The notes: generated from the sequence alone by a model not told the origin. Shown: positions 1 through 16,715, numbered from the stretch's first letter. The stretch: DNA of 64,000 nucleotides from Eledone cirrhosa (GCA_964016885.1 OZ024745.1:11160001-11224000); one strand, 5' to 3'. Numbers and translations: made by a program.

Positions 1-3000
1 TGTCTCACCCCCTCTTCCACATGTTATTGGTACCACCTAGACACCAAGGTAACTTTGGGACACATTACTGTCAGAAACCCCTGTCTCACCTCCTCTTCTA
101 CATGTTATTGGTACAACCTAGACACAAATGTAACTTTGGTACACATTACTGTCAGAAACCCCTGTCTCACCTCCTCTTCTACATGTTATTGGTACCACCT
201 AGAGCCCAAGGTAACTTTGGTACACATTACTGTCAGAAACCCCTGTCTCACCCCCTCTTCTACATGTTATTGGTACCACCTAGACACCAAGGTAACTTTG
301 GTACACATTAGTGTCAGAAACCCCTGTCTCACCCCCTCTTCTACATGTTATTGGTACCACCTAGACACCAAGGTAACTTTGGTACACATTACTGTCAGAA
401 ACTCCTGGCCCACCCCCTCTTCTACATGTTATTGGTACCACCTAGACACCAAGGTAACTTTGGTACACATTAGTATCAGAAACCCCTGTCTCACCTCCTC
501 TTCTACATGTTATTGGTACCACCTAGACACCAAGGTAACTTTGGTACACATTACTGTCAGAAACCCCTGTCTCACCTCCTCTTCTACATGTTATTGGTAC
601 CACCTAGACACCAAGGTAACTTTGGTACACATTACTATCAGAAACTCCTGTCTCACCTCCTCTTCTACATGTTATTGGTACCACGTAGACACCAAGATAA
701 CTTTGGTACACATTACTGTCAGAAACCCCTGTCTCACCCCCTCTTCTACATGTTATTGGTACAACCTAGACACCAAGGTAACTTTGGTACCAATTACTGT
801 CAGAAACTCCTGTCTCACCCCCTCTTCTACATGTTATTGGTACCACCTAGACACCAAGGTAACTTTGGTACACATTACTGTCAGAAACCCCTGTCTCACC
901 TCCTCTTCTACATGTTATTGGTACCACCTAGATACCAAGGCAACTTTGGTACACATTACTGTCAGAAACCCCTGCCTCACCTCGTCTTCTATATGTTATT
1001 GGTACCAGCTAGACACCAAGGTAACTTTGGTACACATTAATGTCAGTAACCCCTGCCTCACCTCCTCTTCTACATGTTATTGGTACCATCTAGACACCAA
1101 GGCAACTTTGGTACACATTACTGTCAGAAACCCCTGTCTCACCTCCTCTTCTACATGTTAATGGTACCACCTAGACACCAAGGCAACTTTGGTACACATT
1201 ACCGTCAGAAACTCCTGTCTCACCTCCTCTTCCACATGTTATTGGTACCACCTAGACACCAAGATAAATTTGGTACACATTACTGTCAGAAACCCCTGAT
1301 TCACCCCCTCTTCTACATGTTATTGGTACCACCTAGACACCAAGGTAACTTTGGTAACATTACTGTCAGAAACTCCTGTCTCACCCCCTCTTCCACATGT
1401 TATTGGTACCACCTAGACACCAAGATAACTTTGGTACACATTACTGTCAGAAACCCCTGCCTCACCCCCTCTTCTACATGTTATTGGTACCACCTAGACA
1501 CTAAGGTAATTTGGTACATATTACTGTCAGAAACCCCTGTTTCACCCCCTCTTCTACATGTTATTGGTACCACCTAGACACCAAGATAACTTTGGTACAC
1601 ATTACTGTCAGAAACTCCTGTCTAACCCCCTCTTCCACATGTTATTGGTACCACCTAGACACCAAGGTAACTTTGGGACACATTACTGTCAGAAACCCCT
1701 GCCTCACCCCCTCTTCTACATGTTATTAGTACCACCTAGACACCAAGATAACTTTGGTACACATTACTGTCAGAAATTCCTGTCTCACCCCCTCTTCCAC
1801 ATGTTATTGGTACCACCTAGACAGCAAGGTAACTTTGGTACACATTACTGTCAGAAACCCCTGTCTGACCCCCTCTTCTACATGTTATTGGTACCACCTA
1901 GACACCAAGATAACTTTGGTACACATTACTGTCAGAAACCCCTGTCTCACCTCCTCTTCTAAATGTTATTGGTACCACATAGACACCAAGGTAACTTTGC
2001 AACACATTACTGTCAGAAACTCCTGTCTCACCCCCTCTTCCACATGTTATTGGTACCACCTAGACACCAAGATAACTTTGGTACACATTACTGTCAGAAA
2101 CCCCTGTCTCACCCCCTCTTCTACATGTTATTGGTACCACCTAGACACTAAGGTAACTTTGGTACATATTACTGTCAGAAACCCCTGTCTCACCCCCTCT
2201 TCTACATGTTATTGGTACCACCTAGACACCAAGGTAACTTTGGTAACATTACTGTCAGAAACTCCTGTCTCACCCCCTCTTCCACATGTTATTGGTACCA
2301 CCTAGACACCAAGATAACTTTGGTACACATTACTGTCAGAAACCCCTGTCTCACCCCCTCTTCTACATGTTATTGGTACCACCTAGACACCAAGGTAACT
2401 TTGGTACACATTACTGTCAGAAACTCCTGCCTCACCCCCTCTTCTACATGTTATTGGTACCACCTAGACACCAAGATAACTTTGGTACACATTACTGTCA
2501 GAAACTCCTGTCTCACCCCCTCTTCCACATGTTATTGGTACCACATAGACACCAAGGTAAATTTGGTACACATTACTGTCAGAAACCCCTGTCTCACCTC
2601 CTCTTCTACATGTTATTGTTACCACCTAGACACCAAGGTAACTTTGGTACACATTAGTGTCAGAATCCCCTGTCTCACCTCCTCTTCTACATGTTATTGT
2701 TACCACCTAGACACCAAGGTAACTCTGGTACACATTAGTGTCAGAATCCCCTGTCTCACCTCCTCTTCTACATGTTATTGGTACCACCTAGACACCAAGG
2801 TAACTTTGGTACACATTACTATCAGAAACTCCTGTCTCACCTCCTCTTCTACATGTTATTGGTACCACCTAGACACCAAGATAACTTTGGTACACATTAC
2901 TGTCAGAAACCCCTGTCTCACCCCCTCTTCTACATGTTATTGGTACAACCTAGACACCAAGGTAACTTTGGTACCAATTACTGTCAGAAACCCCTGTCTC

Positions 3001-6000
3001 ACCTCCTCTTCTACATGTTATTGGTACCACCTAGACACCAAGGTAACTTTGGTACACATTACTGTCAGAAACCCCTGTCTCACTTCCTCTTCTACATGTT
3101 ATTGGTACCACCTAGATACCAAGGCAACTGTGGTACACATTACTGTCAGAAACCCCTGCCTCACCTCCTCTTCTACATGTTATTGGTACCACCTAGACTC
3201 CAAGATAACTTTGGTACACATTACTGTCAGAAACCCCTGTCTCACCTCCTCTTCTACATGTTATTGGTACCACCTAGACACCAAGGCAACTTTGGTACAC
3301 ATTATTGTCAGAAACCCCTGTCTCAACTCCTCTTCTACATGTTATAGGTACCACATTGACACCAAGGTAACTTTGCTACACATTACTGTCAGAAATTCCT
3401 GTCTCACCCCCTCTTCCACATGTTATTGGTACCACCTAGACACCAAGGTAACTTTGGTAACATTACTGTCAGAAACTCCTGTCTCACCCCCTCTTCCACA
3501 TGTTATTGGTACCACCTAGACACCAAGATAACTTTGGTACACATTACTGTCAGAAACCCCTGTCTCACCCCCTCTTCTACATGTTATTGGTACCACCTAG
3601 ACACCAAGGTAACTTTGGTACACATTACTGTCAGAAACTCCTGCCTCACCCCCTCTTCTACATGTTATTGGTACCACCTAGACACCAAGATAACTTTGGT
3701 ACACATTACTGTCAGAAACTCCTGTCTCACCCCCTCTTCCACATGTTATTGGTACCACCTAGACACCAAGGTAAATTTGGTACCAATTACTATCAGAAAC
3801 CCCTGTCTCACCCCCTCTTCTACATGTTATTGGTACCACCTAGACACCAAGATAACTTTGGTACACATTACTGTCAGAAACCCCTGTCTCACTTCCTCTT
3901 CTACATGTTATTGGTACCAAATAGACACCAAGGTAACTTTGCTACACATTACTGTCAGAAACTCCTGTCTCACCCCCTCTTCCACATGTTATTGGTACCA
4001 CCTAGACACCAAGGTAACTTTGGGACACATTACTGTCAGAAACCCCTGTCTCACCTCCTCTTCTACATGTTATTGGTACAACCTAGACACAAAGGTAACT
4101 TTGGTACACATTACTGTCAGAAACCCCTGTCTCACCCCCTCTTCTACATGTTATTGGTACCACCTAGACACCAAGGTAACTTTGGTACACATTAGTGTCA
4201 GAAACCCCTGTCTCACCCCCTCTTCTACATGTTATTGGTACCACCTAGACACCAAGGTAACTTTGGTACACATTACTGTCAGAAACTCCTGGCCCACCCC
4301 CTCTTCTACATGTTATTGGTACCACCTAGACACCAAGGTAACTTTGGTACACATTAGTATCAGAAACCCCTGTCTCACCCCCTCTTCCACATGTTATTGG
4401 TACCACCTAGACACCAAGGTAACTTTGGGACACATTACTGTCAGAAACCCCTGTCTCACCTCCTCTTCTACATGTTATTGGTACAACCTAGACACAAAGG
4501 TAACTTTGGTACACATTACTGTCAGAAACCCCTGTCTCACCTCCTCTTCTACATGTTATTGGTACCACCTAGAGCCCAAGGTAACTTTGGTACACATTAC
4601 TGTCAGAAACCCCTGTCTCACCCCCTCTTCTACATGTTATTGGTACCACCTAGACACCAAGGTAACTTTGGTACACATTAGTGTCAGAAACCCCTGTCTC
4701 ACCCCCTCTTCTACATGTTATTGGTACCACCTAGACACCAAGGTAACTTTGGTACACATTACTGTCAGAAACTCCTGGCCCACCCCCTCTTCTACATGTT
4801 ATTGGTACCACCTAGACACCAAGGTAACTTTGGTACACATTAGTATCAGAAACCCCTGTCTCACCTCCTCTTCTACATGTTATTGGTACCACCTAGACAC
4901 CAAGGTAACTTTGGTACACATTACTGTCAGAAACCCCTGTCTCACCTCCTCTTCTACATGTTATTGGTACCACCTAGACACCAAGGTAACTTTGGTACAC
5001 ATTACTATCAGAAACTCCTGTCTCACCTCCTCTTCTACATGTTATTGGTACCACGTAGACACCAAGATAACTTTGGTACACATTACTGTCAGAAACCCCT
5101 GTCTCACCCCCTCTTCTACATGTTATTGGTACAACCTAGACACCAAGGTAACTTTGGTACCAATTACTGTCAGAAACTCCTGTCTCACCCCCTCTTCTAC
5201 ATGTTATTGGTACCACCTAGACACCAAGGTAACTTTGGTACACATTACTGTCAGAAACCCCTGTCTCACCTCCTCTTCTACATGTTATTGGTACCACCTA
5301 GATACCAAGGCAACTTTGGTACACATTACTGTCAGAAACCCCTGCCTCACCTCGTCTTCTATATGTTATTGGTACCAGCTAGACACCAAGGTAACTTTGG
5401 TACACATTAATGTCAGTAACCCCTGCCTCACCTCCTCTTCTACATGTTATTGGTACCATCTAGACACCAAGGCAACTTTGGTACACATTACTGTCAGAAA
5501 CCCCTGTCTCACCTCCTCTTCTACATGTTAATGGTACCACCTAGACACCAAGGCAACTTTGGTACACATTACCGTCAGAAACTCCTGTCTCACCTCCTCT
5601 TCCACATGTTATTGGTACCACCTAGACACCAAGATAAATTTGGTACACATTACTGTCAGAAACCCCTGATTCACCCCCTCTTCTACATGTTATTGGTACC
5701 ACCTAGACACCAAGGTAACTTTGGTAACATTACTGTCAGAAACTCCTGTCTCACCCCCTCTTCCACATGTTATTGGTACCACCTAGACACCAAGATAACT
5801 TTGGTACACATTACTGTCAGAAACCCCTGTCTCACCTCCTCTTCTACATGTTATTGGTACCACCTAGACACCCAGATAACTTTGGTACACATTACTGTCA
5901 GAAACTCCTGTCTCACCTCCTCTTCTACATGTTATTGGTACCACCTAGACACCAAGATAACTTTGGTACACATTACTGTCAGAAACCCCTGTCTCACCTC

Positions 6001-9000
6001 CTCTTCTACATGTTATTGGTACCACCTAGACACCAAGATAACTTTGGTACACATTACTGTCAGAAACCCCTGTCTCACCCCCTCTTCTACATGTAATTGG
6101 TACCACCTAGACACCAAGGTAACTTTGGTAACATTACTGTCAGAAACTCCTGTCTCACCCCCTCTTCCACATGTTATTGGTACCACCTAGACACCAAGAT
6201 AACTTTGGTACACATTACTGTCAGAAACCCCTGTCTCACCCCCTCTTCTACATGTTATTGGTACCACCTAGACACCAAGGTAACTTTGGTACACATTACT
6301 GTCAGAAACTCCTGCCTCACCCCCTCTTCTACATGTTATTGGTACCACCTAGACACCAAGATAACTTTGGTACACATTACTGTCAGAAACTCCTGTCTCA
6401 CCCCCTCTTCCACATGTTATTGGTACCACCTAGACACCAAGGTAAATTTGGTACACATTACTGTCAGAAACCCCTGTCTCACCTCCTCTTCTACATGTTA
6501 TTGGTACCATCTAGACACCAAGGTAACTTTGGTACACATTACTGTCAGAAACCCCTGTCTCACCTCCTCTTCTACATGTTATTGTTACCACCTAGACACC
6601 AAGGTAACTTTGGTACACATTAGTGTTAGAAACCCCTGTCTCACCCCCTCTTCTACATGTTATTGGTACCACCTAGACACCAAGGTAACTTTGGTACACA
6701 TTACTGTCAGAAACTCCTGTCTCACCCCCTCTTCTACATGTTATTGGTACCACCTAGACACCAAGGTAACTTTGGTAAACATTACTGTCAGAAATCCCTG
6801 TCTCACCTCCTCTTCTACATGTTATTGGTACCACCTAGACACCAAGGTAACTTTGGTACACATTACTGTCAGAAACCCCTGTCTCACCCCCTCTTCTACA
6901 TGTTATTGGTACAACCTAGACACCAAGGTAACTTTGGTACCAATAACTGTCAGAAACTCCTGTCTCACCCCCTCTTCTACATGTTATTGGTACCACCTAG
7001 ACACCAAGGTAACTTTGGTACACATTACTGTCAGAAACCCCTGTCTCACCTCCTCTTCTACATGTTATTGGTACCACCTAGATACCAAGGCAACTTTGGT
7101 ACACATTACTGTCAGAAACCCCTGCCTCACCTCGTCTTCTACATGTTATTGGTACCACCTAGACACCAAGGTAACTTTGGTACACATTAATGTCAGAAAC
7201 CCCTGCCTCACCTCCTCTTCTACATGTTATTGGTACCACCTAGACACCAAGGCAACTTTGGTACACATTACTGTCAGAAACCCCTGTCTCACCTCCTCTT
7301 CTACATGTTAATGGTACCACCTAGACACCAAGGCAACTTTGGTACACATTACTGTCAGAAACTCCTGTTTCACATCCTCTTCCACATGTAATTGGTACCA
7401 CCTAGACACCAAGATAACTTTGGTACACATTACTGTCAGAAACCCCTGTCTCACCCCCTCTTATACATGTTATTGGTACCACCTAGACACCAAGATAACT
7501 TTGGTACACATTACTGTCAGAAATTCCTGTCTCACCCCCTCTTCCACATGTTATTGGTACCACCTAGACACTAAGGTAACTTTGGTACATATTACTGTCA
7601 GAAACCCCTGTCTCACCCCCTCTTCTACATGTTATTGGTACCACCTAGACACTAAGGTAACTTTGGTACATATTACTGTCAGAAACCCCTGTCTCACCCC
7701 CTCTTCTACATGTTATTGGTACCACCTAGAAACCCAGATAACTTTGGTACACATTACTGTCAGAAACTCCTGTCTCACCTCCTCTTCTACATGTTATTGG
7801 TACCACCTAGACACAAAGATAACTTTGGTACACATTACTGTCAGAAACCCCTGTCTCACCTCCTCTTCTACATGTTATTGGTACCACCTAGACACCAAGA
7901 TAACTTTGGTACACATTACTGTCAGAAACCCCTGTCTCACCCCCTCTTCTACATGTAATTAGTACCACCTAGACACCCAGGTAACTTTGGTAACATTACT
8001 GTCAGAAACTCCTGCCTCACCCCCTCTTCTACATGTTATTGGTACCACCTAGACACCAAGATAACTTTGGTACACATTACTGTCAGAAACTCCTGTCTCA
8101 CCCCCTCTTCCACATGTTATTGGTACCACCTAGACACCAAGGTAAATTTGGTACACATTACTGTCAGAAACCCCTGTCTCACCTCCTCATCTACATGTTA
8201 TTGGTACCACCTAGACACCAAGGTAACTTTGGTACACATTACTGTCAGAAACCCCTGTCTCACCTCCTCTTCTACATGTTATTGTTACCACCTAGACACC
8301 AAGGTAACTTTGGTACACATTAGTGTCAGAATCCCCTGTCTCACCTCCTCTTCTACATGTTATTGGTACCACCTAGATACCAAGGTAACTTTGGTACACA
8401 TTACTATCAGAAACTCCTGTCTCACCTCCTCGTCTACATGTTATTGGTACCACCTAGACACCAAGATAACTTTGGTACACATTACTGTCAGAAACCCCTG
8501 TCTCACCCCCTCTTCTACATGTTATTAGTACAACCTAGACACCAAGGTAACTTTGGTACCAATTACTGTCAGAAACTGCTGTCTCACCCCCTCTTCTACA
8601 TGTTATTGGTACCACCTAGACACCAAGGTAACTTTGGTACACATTACTGTCAGGAACCCCTGTCTCACCTCCTCTTCTACATGTTATTGGTACCACCTAG
8701 ATACCAAGGCAACTGTGGTACACATTACTGTCAGAAACCCCTGCCTCACCTCCTCTTCTACATGTTATTGGTACCACCTAGACTCCAAGATAACTTTGGT
8801 ACACATTACTGTCAGAAACCCCTGTCTCACCTCCTCTTCTACATGTTATTGGTACCACCTAGACACCAAGGCAACTTTGGTACACATTATTGTCAGAAAC
8901 CCCTGTCTCAACTCCTCTTCTACATGTTATAGGTACCACATTGACACCAAGGTAACTTTGTTACACATTACTGTCAGAAACTCCTGTCTCACCCCCTCTT

Positions 9001-12000
9001 CCACATGTTATTGGTACCACCTAGACACCAAGGTAACTTTGGTAACATTACTGTCAGAAACTCCTGTCTCACCCCCTCTTCCACATGTTATTGGTACCAC
9101 CTAGACACCAAGATAACTTTGGTACACATTACTGTCAGAAACCCCTGTCTCACCCCCTCTTCTACATGTTATTGGTACGACCTAGACACCAAGGTTGCTT
9201 TGGTACACATTACTGTCAGAAACTCCTGCCTCACCCCCTCTTCTACATGTTATTGGTACCACCTAGACACCAAGATAACTTTGGTACACATTACTGTCAG
9301 AAACTCCTGTCTCACCCCCTCTTCCACATGTTATTGGTACCACCTAGACACCAAGGTAACTTTGGGACACATTACTGTCAGAAACCCCTGTCTCACCTCC
9401 TCTTCTACATGTTATTGGTACAACCTAGACACAAAGGTAACTTTGGTACACATTACTGTCAGAAACCCCTGTCTCACCTCCTCTTCTACATGTTATTGGT
9501 ACCACCTAGAGCCCAAGGTAACTTTGGTACACATTACTGTCAGAAACCCCTGTCTCACTCCCTCTTCTACATGTTATTGGTACCACCTAGACACCAAGAT
9601 TACTTTGGTACACATTACTGTCAGAAACCCCTGTCTCACCTCCTCTTCTACATGTTATTGGTACCACCTAGACACCAAGGTAACTTTGGTACACATTAGT
9701 GTCAGAAACCCCTGTCTCACCCCCTCTTCTACATGTTATTGGTACCACCTAGATACCAAGGTAACCTTGGTACACATTACTGTCAGAAACTCCTGTCTCA
9801 CCCCCTCTTCTACATGTTATTGGTACCACCTAGACACCAAGGTAACTTTGGTACACATTACTGTCAGAAACCCCTGTCTCACCTCCTCTTCTACATGTTA
9901 TTGGTACCACCTAGATACCAAGGCAACTTTGGTACACATTACTGTCAGAAACCCCTGCCTCACCTCCTCTTCTACATGTTATTGGTACCACCTAGACACC
10001 AAGGTAACTTTGGTACACATTACTGTCAGAAACCCCTGTCTCACCTCCTCTTCTACATGTTAATGGTACCACCTAGACACCAAGGCAACTTTGGTACACA
10101 TTACTGTCAGAAACTCCTGTCTCACCTCCTCTTCCACATGTTATTGGTACCACCTAGACACCAAGATAACTTTGGTACCCATTACTGTCAGAAACCCCTG
10201 AATCACCCCCTCTTCTACATGTTATTGGTACCACCTAGACACCAAGGTAACTTTGGTACACATTACTGTCAGAAACCCCTGTCTCAACTCCTCTTCTACA
10301 TGTTATTGGTACCACCCAGACTCCAACATAACTTTGGTACACATTACTGTCAGAAACCCCTGTCTCACCTCCTATTCTACATGTTATTGGTACCACCTAG
10401 ACACCAAGGTAACTTTGGTACACATTACTGTCAGAAATCCCTGTCTCACCTCCTCTTCTACATGTTATTGGTACCACCTAGACACCAAGATAACTTTGGT
10501 ACACATTACTGTCAGAAACCCCTGTCTCACCTCCTCTTCTACATGTTATTGGTACCACCTAGACACCAAGGCAACTTTGGTACACATTACTGTCAGAAAC
10601 CCCTGTCTCACCTCCTCTTCTACATGTTATTGGTACCACCTAGACACCAAGGTGACTTTGGTACACATTACTGTCAGAAACCCCTGTCTCACCCCCTCTT
10701 CTACATGTTATTGGTACCACCTAGACACCAAGATAACTTTGGTACACATTAGTGTCAGAAACCCCTGTCTCACCCCCTCTTCTACATGTTATTGTTACCA
10801 CCTAGACACCAAGGTAACTTTGGTACACATTACTGTCAGAAACTCCTGTCTCACCCCCTCTTCTACATGGTATTGGTACCACCTAGACACCAAGGTAACT
10901 TTGGTACACATTACTGTCAGAAACCCCTGTCTCACCTCCTCTTCTACATGTTATTGGTACCACCTAGACACCAAGGTAACTTTGGTACACATTACTGTCA
11001 GAAACCCCTGTCTCACCTCCTCTTCTACATGTTATTGGTACCACCTAGACAACAAGGTAACTTTGGTACACATTACTATCAGAAACCCCTGTCTCACCTC
11101 CTCTTCTACATGTTATTGGTACCACCTAGACACCAAGATAACCTTGGTACACATTACTGTCAGAAACCCCTGTCTTACCCCCTCTTCTACATGTTATTGG
11201 TACAACCTAGACACCAAGGTAACTTTGGTACCCATTACTGTCAGAATCTCCTGTCTCACCCCCTCTTCTACATGTTATTGGTACCACCTAGACACCAAGG
11301 TAACTTTGGTACACATTACTGTCAGAAACCCCTGATTCACCCCCTCTTCTACATGTTATTGGTACCACCTAGACACTAAGGTAACTTTGGTACACATTAC
11401 TGTCAGAAACCCCTGTCTCACCTCCTCTTCTACATGTTATTGGTACCACCTTGACACTAAGGTAACTTTGGTACACATTACTGTCAGAAACCCCTGTCTC
11501 ACCTCCTCTTCTACATGCTATTGGTACCACCTAGACACCAAGATAACTTTGGTACACATTACTGTCAGAAACCCCTGTCTCAACTCCTCTTCCACATGTT
11601 ATTGGTACCACCTAGACACCAAGGTAATTTTGGTACACATTAATGTCAGAAACCCCTGTCTCACCTCCTCTTCCACATGTTATTGGTACCACCTAGACAC
11701 CAAGGTAACTTTGGTACACATTACTGTCAGAAACCCCTGTCTCACCCCCTTTTCTACATGTTATTGGTACCACCTAGACACCAAGGCAACTTTGGTACAC
11801 ATTACTGTCAGAAACCCCTGTCTCACCTCCTCTTCTACATGTTATTGGTACCACCTAGACACCAAGATAACTTTGGTACACATTACTGTCATAAATCCCT
11901 GCCTCACCTCCTCTTCTACATGTTATTGGTACCACCTAGACACCAAGATAACTTTGGTACACATTACTGTCAGAAACCCCTGTCTCACCTCCTCTTCTAC

Positions 12001-15000
12001 ATGTTATTGGTACCACCTAGACACCAAGATAACTTTGGTACACATTACTGTCAGAAACCCCTGTCTCACCTCCTCTTCTACATGTTATTGGTACCACCTA
12101 GACACCAAGGCAACTTTGGTACACATTACTGTCAGAAACCCCTGTCGCACCTCCTCTTCTACATGTTATTGGTACCACCTAGACACCAAAGTAACTTTGT
12201 TACACATTACTGTCAGAAACCCCTGTCTCACCTCCTCTTCTACATGTTATTGGTACCACCTAGAGACCAAGATAACTTTGGTACACATTACTGTCAGAAA
12301 CCCCTGTCTCACCTCCTCTTCTACATGTTATTGGTACCACCTAGACACTAAGGTCACTTTGGTACACAATACTGTCAGAAACCCCTGTCTCACCTCCTCT
12401 TCTACATGTTATTGGTACCACCTAGACACTAAGGTAACTTTGGTACACATTACTGTCAGAAACCCCTGTCTCGCCTTTTCTTCTACATGTTATTGGTACC
12501 ACCTAGACACCAAGATAACTTTGGTACACATTACTGTCAGAAACCCCTGTCTCAGCCCCTCTTCTACATGTTATTGGTACCACCTAGACACCAAGATAAC
12601 TTTGGTACACATTACTGTCAGAAACCCCTGTCTCACCTCCTCTTCTACATGTTATTGGTACCACCTAGAAACCAAGGTAACTTTGGTACACATTACTGTC
12701 AGAAACTCCTGTCTCACCTCCTCTTCTACATGTTATTGGTACCACCTAGACACCAAGGCAACTTTGGTACACATTACTGTCAGAAACTCCTGTCTCACCT
12801 CCTCTTCTACATGTTATTGGTACCACCTAGACACCAAGGTAACTTTCGTACACATTACTGTCAGAAACTCCTGTCTCAACTCCTCTTCTACATGTTATTG
12901 GTACCACCTATACACCAAGGTAACTTTGGTACACATTACTGTCAGAAACCCCTGTCTCACCTCCTCTTCTACATGTTATTGGTACCACCTAGACACCAAG
13001 GCAACTTTGGTACACATTACTGTCAGAAACCCCTGTCTCACCCCCTCTTCTACATGTTATTGGTACCACCTAGACATCAAGGTAACTTTGGTACACATTA
13101 CTGTCAGAAACTCCTGTCTCACCTCCTCTTCTACATGTTATTGGTACCACCTAGAAACCAAGGTAACTTTGGTACACATTACTGTCAGAAACTCCTGTCT
13201 CACCTCCTCTTCTACATGTTATTGGTACCGCCTAGACACCAAGGCAACTTTGGTACACATTACTGTCAGAAACTCCTGTCTCACCTCCTCTTCTACATGT
13301 TATTGTTACCACCTAGACACCAAGATAACTTTGGTACACATTACTGTCAGAAACCCCTGTCTCACCTCCTCTTCTACATGTTATTGGTACCACCTAGACA
13401 CTAAGGTCACTTTGGTACACAATACTGTCAGAAACCCCTGTCTCACCTCCTCTTCTACATGTTATTGGTACCACCTAGACACTAAGGTAACTTTGGTACA
13501 CATTACTGTCAGAAACCCCTGTCTCACCTTTTCTTCTACATGTTATTGGTGCCACCTAGACACCAAGATAACTTTGGTACACATTACTGTCAGAAACCCC
13601 TGTCTCAGCCCCTCTTCTACATGTTATTGGTACCACCTAGACACCAAGATAACTTTGGTACACATTACTGTCAGAAACTCCTGTCTCACCTCCTCTTCTA
13701 CATGTTATTGGTACCACCTAGACACCAAGATAACTTTGGTACACATTACTGACAGAAACCCCTGTCTCACCCACTCTTCTACATGTTATTGGTACCACCT
13801 AGACACCAAGGTAACTTTGGTACACATTACTGTCAGAAACCCCTGTCTCACCTCCTCTTCTACATGTTATTGGTACCACCTAGACACCAAGATAACTTCG
13901 GTACACATTACTGTCAGAAACCCCTGTCTCACCTCCTCTTCTACATGTTATTGGTTCCACCTAGACACCAAGATAACTTTGGTACACATTACTGTCAGAA
14001 ACTCCTGTCTCACCTCCTCTTCTACATGTTATTGGTACCACCTAGACACCAAGATAACTTTGGTACACATTACTGACAGAAACCCCTTCTCACCCCCTCT
14101 TCTACATGTTATTGGTACCACCTAGACACCAAGGTAACTTTGGTACACATTACTGTCAGAAACCCCTGTCTCACCTCCTCTTCTACATGTTATTGGTACC
14201 ACCTAGACACCAAGATAACTTTGGTACACATTACTGTCAGAAACCCCTGTCTCACCTCCTCTTCTACATGTTATTGGTACCACCTAGAGACCAAGATAAC
14301 TTTGGTACACATTACTGTCAGAAACCCCTGTCTCACCTTCTCTTCTACATGTTATTGGTACCACCTAGAGACCAAGATAACTTTGGTACATATTACTGTC
14401 AGAAACCCCTGTCTCACCTCCTCTTCTACATGTTATTTGTACCACCTAGACACCAAGGCAACTTTGGTACACATTACTGACAGAAACCCCTGTCTCACCT
14501 CTGCTTCTACATGTTATTGGTACCACCTAGAAACCAAGATATCTTTGGTACACATTATTGTCAGAAACTCCTGTCTCACCCCCCTCTTCTACATGTTATT
14601 GGTACCACCTAGACACCAAGGTAACTTTGGTACACATTACTGTCAGAAACCCCTGTCTCACCACCTTTTCTACATGTTATTGGTACCACCTAGACACCAA
14701 GGCAACTTTGGTACACATTACTGTCAGAAACCCCTGTCTCACCTCTTCTTCTACATGTTATTGGTACCACCTAGACACCAAGATAACTTTGGTACACATT
14801 ACTGTCATAAACCCCTGCCTCACCTCCTCTTCTACTTGTTATTGGTACCACCTAGACACCAAGATAACTTTGGTACACATTACTGTCAGAAACCCCTGTC
14901 TCACCTCCTCTTCTACATGTTATTGGTACCACCTAGACACCAAAGTAACTTTGTTACACATTACTGTCAGAAACCCCTGTCTCACCTCCTCTTCTACATG

Positions 15001-16715
15001 TTATTGGTACCACCTAGAGACCAAGATAACTTTGGTACACATTACTGTCAGAAACCCCTGTCTCACCTCCTCTTCTACATGTTATTGGTACCACCTAGAC
15101 ACTAAGGTCACTTTGGTACACAATACTGTCAGAAACCCCTGTCTCACCTCCTCTTCTACATGTTATTGGTACCACCTAGACACTAAGGTAACTTTGGTAC
15201 ACATTACTGTCAGAAACCCCTGTCTCGCCTTTTCTTCTACATGTTATTGGTACCACCTAGACACCAAGATAACTTTGGTACACATTACTGTCAGAAACCC
15301 TTGTCTCAGCCCCTCTTCTACATGTTATTGGTACCACCTAGACACCAAGATAACTTTGGTACACATTACTGTCAGAAACCCCTGTCTCACCTCCTCTTCT
15401 ACATGTTATTGGTACCACCTAGAAACCAAGGTAACTTTGGTACACATTACTGTCAGAAACTCCTGTCTCACCTCCTCTTCTACATGTTATTGGTACCACC
15501 TAGACACCAAGGCAACTTTGGTACACATTACTGTCAGAAACTCCTGTCTCACCTCCTCTTCTACATGTTATTGGTACCACCTAGACAACAAGGTAACTTT
15601 CGTACACATTACTGTCAGAAACTCCTGTCTCAACTCCTCTTCTACATGTTATTGGTACCACCTATACACCAAGGTAACTTTGGTACACATTACTGTCAGA
15701 AACCCCTGTCTCACCTCCTCTTCTACATGTTATTGGTACCACCTAGACACCAAGGCAACTTTGGTACACATTACTGTCAGAAACCCCTGTCTCACCCCCT
15801 CTTCTACATGTTATTGGTACCACCTAGACATCAAGGTAACTTTGGTACACATTACTGTCAGAAACTCCTGTCTCACCTCCTCTTCTACATGTTATTTTGT
15901 ACCACCTAGAAACCAAGGTAACTTTGGTACACATTACTGTCAGAAACTCCTGTCTCACCTCCTCTTCTACATGTTATTGGTACCACCTAGACACCAAGGC
16001 AACTTTGGTACACATTACTGTCAGAAACTCCTGTCTCACCTCCTCTTCTACATGTTATTGGTACCACCTAGACACCAAGGTAACTTTCGTACACATTACT
16101 GTCAGAAACTCCTGTCTCAACTCCTCTTCTACATGTTATTGGTACCACCTATACACCAAGGTAACTTTGGTACACATTACTGTCAGAAACCCCTGTCTCA
16201 CCTCCTCTTCTACATGTTATTGGTACCACCTAGACACCAAGGCAACTTTGGTACACATTACTGTCAGAAACCCCTGTCTCACCCCCTCTTCTACATGTTA
16301 TTGGTACCACCTAGACACCAAGATAACTTTGGTACACATTACTGTCAGAAACCCCTGTCTCACCCCCTCTTCTACATGTTATTGGTACCACCTAGACACC
16401 AAGGCAACTTTGGTACACATTACTGTCAGAAAGCCCTGTCTCACCTCCTCTTCTACATGTTATTGGTACCACCTAGACACCAAGGCAACTTTGGTACACA
16501 TTACTGTCAGAAAGCCCCGTCTCACCTCCTCTTCTACATGTTATTGGTACCACCTAGACACCAAGGCAACTTTGGTACACATTACTGTCAGAAACCCCTG
16601 TCTCACCTCCTCTTCTACATGTTATTGGTACCACCTAGACACCAAGGTAACTTTGGTACACATTACTGTCAGAAACCCCTGTCTCACCTCCACTTCCACA
16701 TGTTATTGTACATCT
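1..16715. repeat. 81-bp satellite array (~205 units, runs off left edge)
   Basis: Unit ~ACATGTTATTGGTACCACCTAGACACCAAGGTAACTTTGGTACACATTACTGTCAGAAACCCCTGTCTCACCTCCTCTTCT, 27-aa period in the ORF track; decays at ~16700-16720. Confidence 0.98.
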
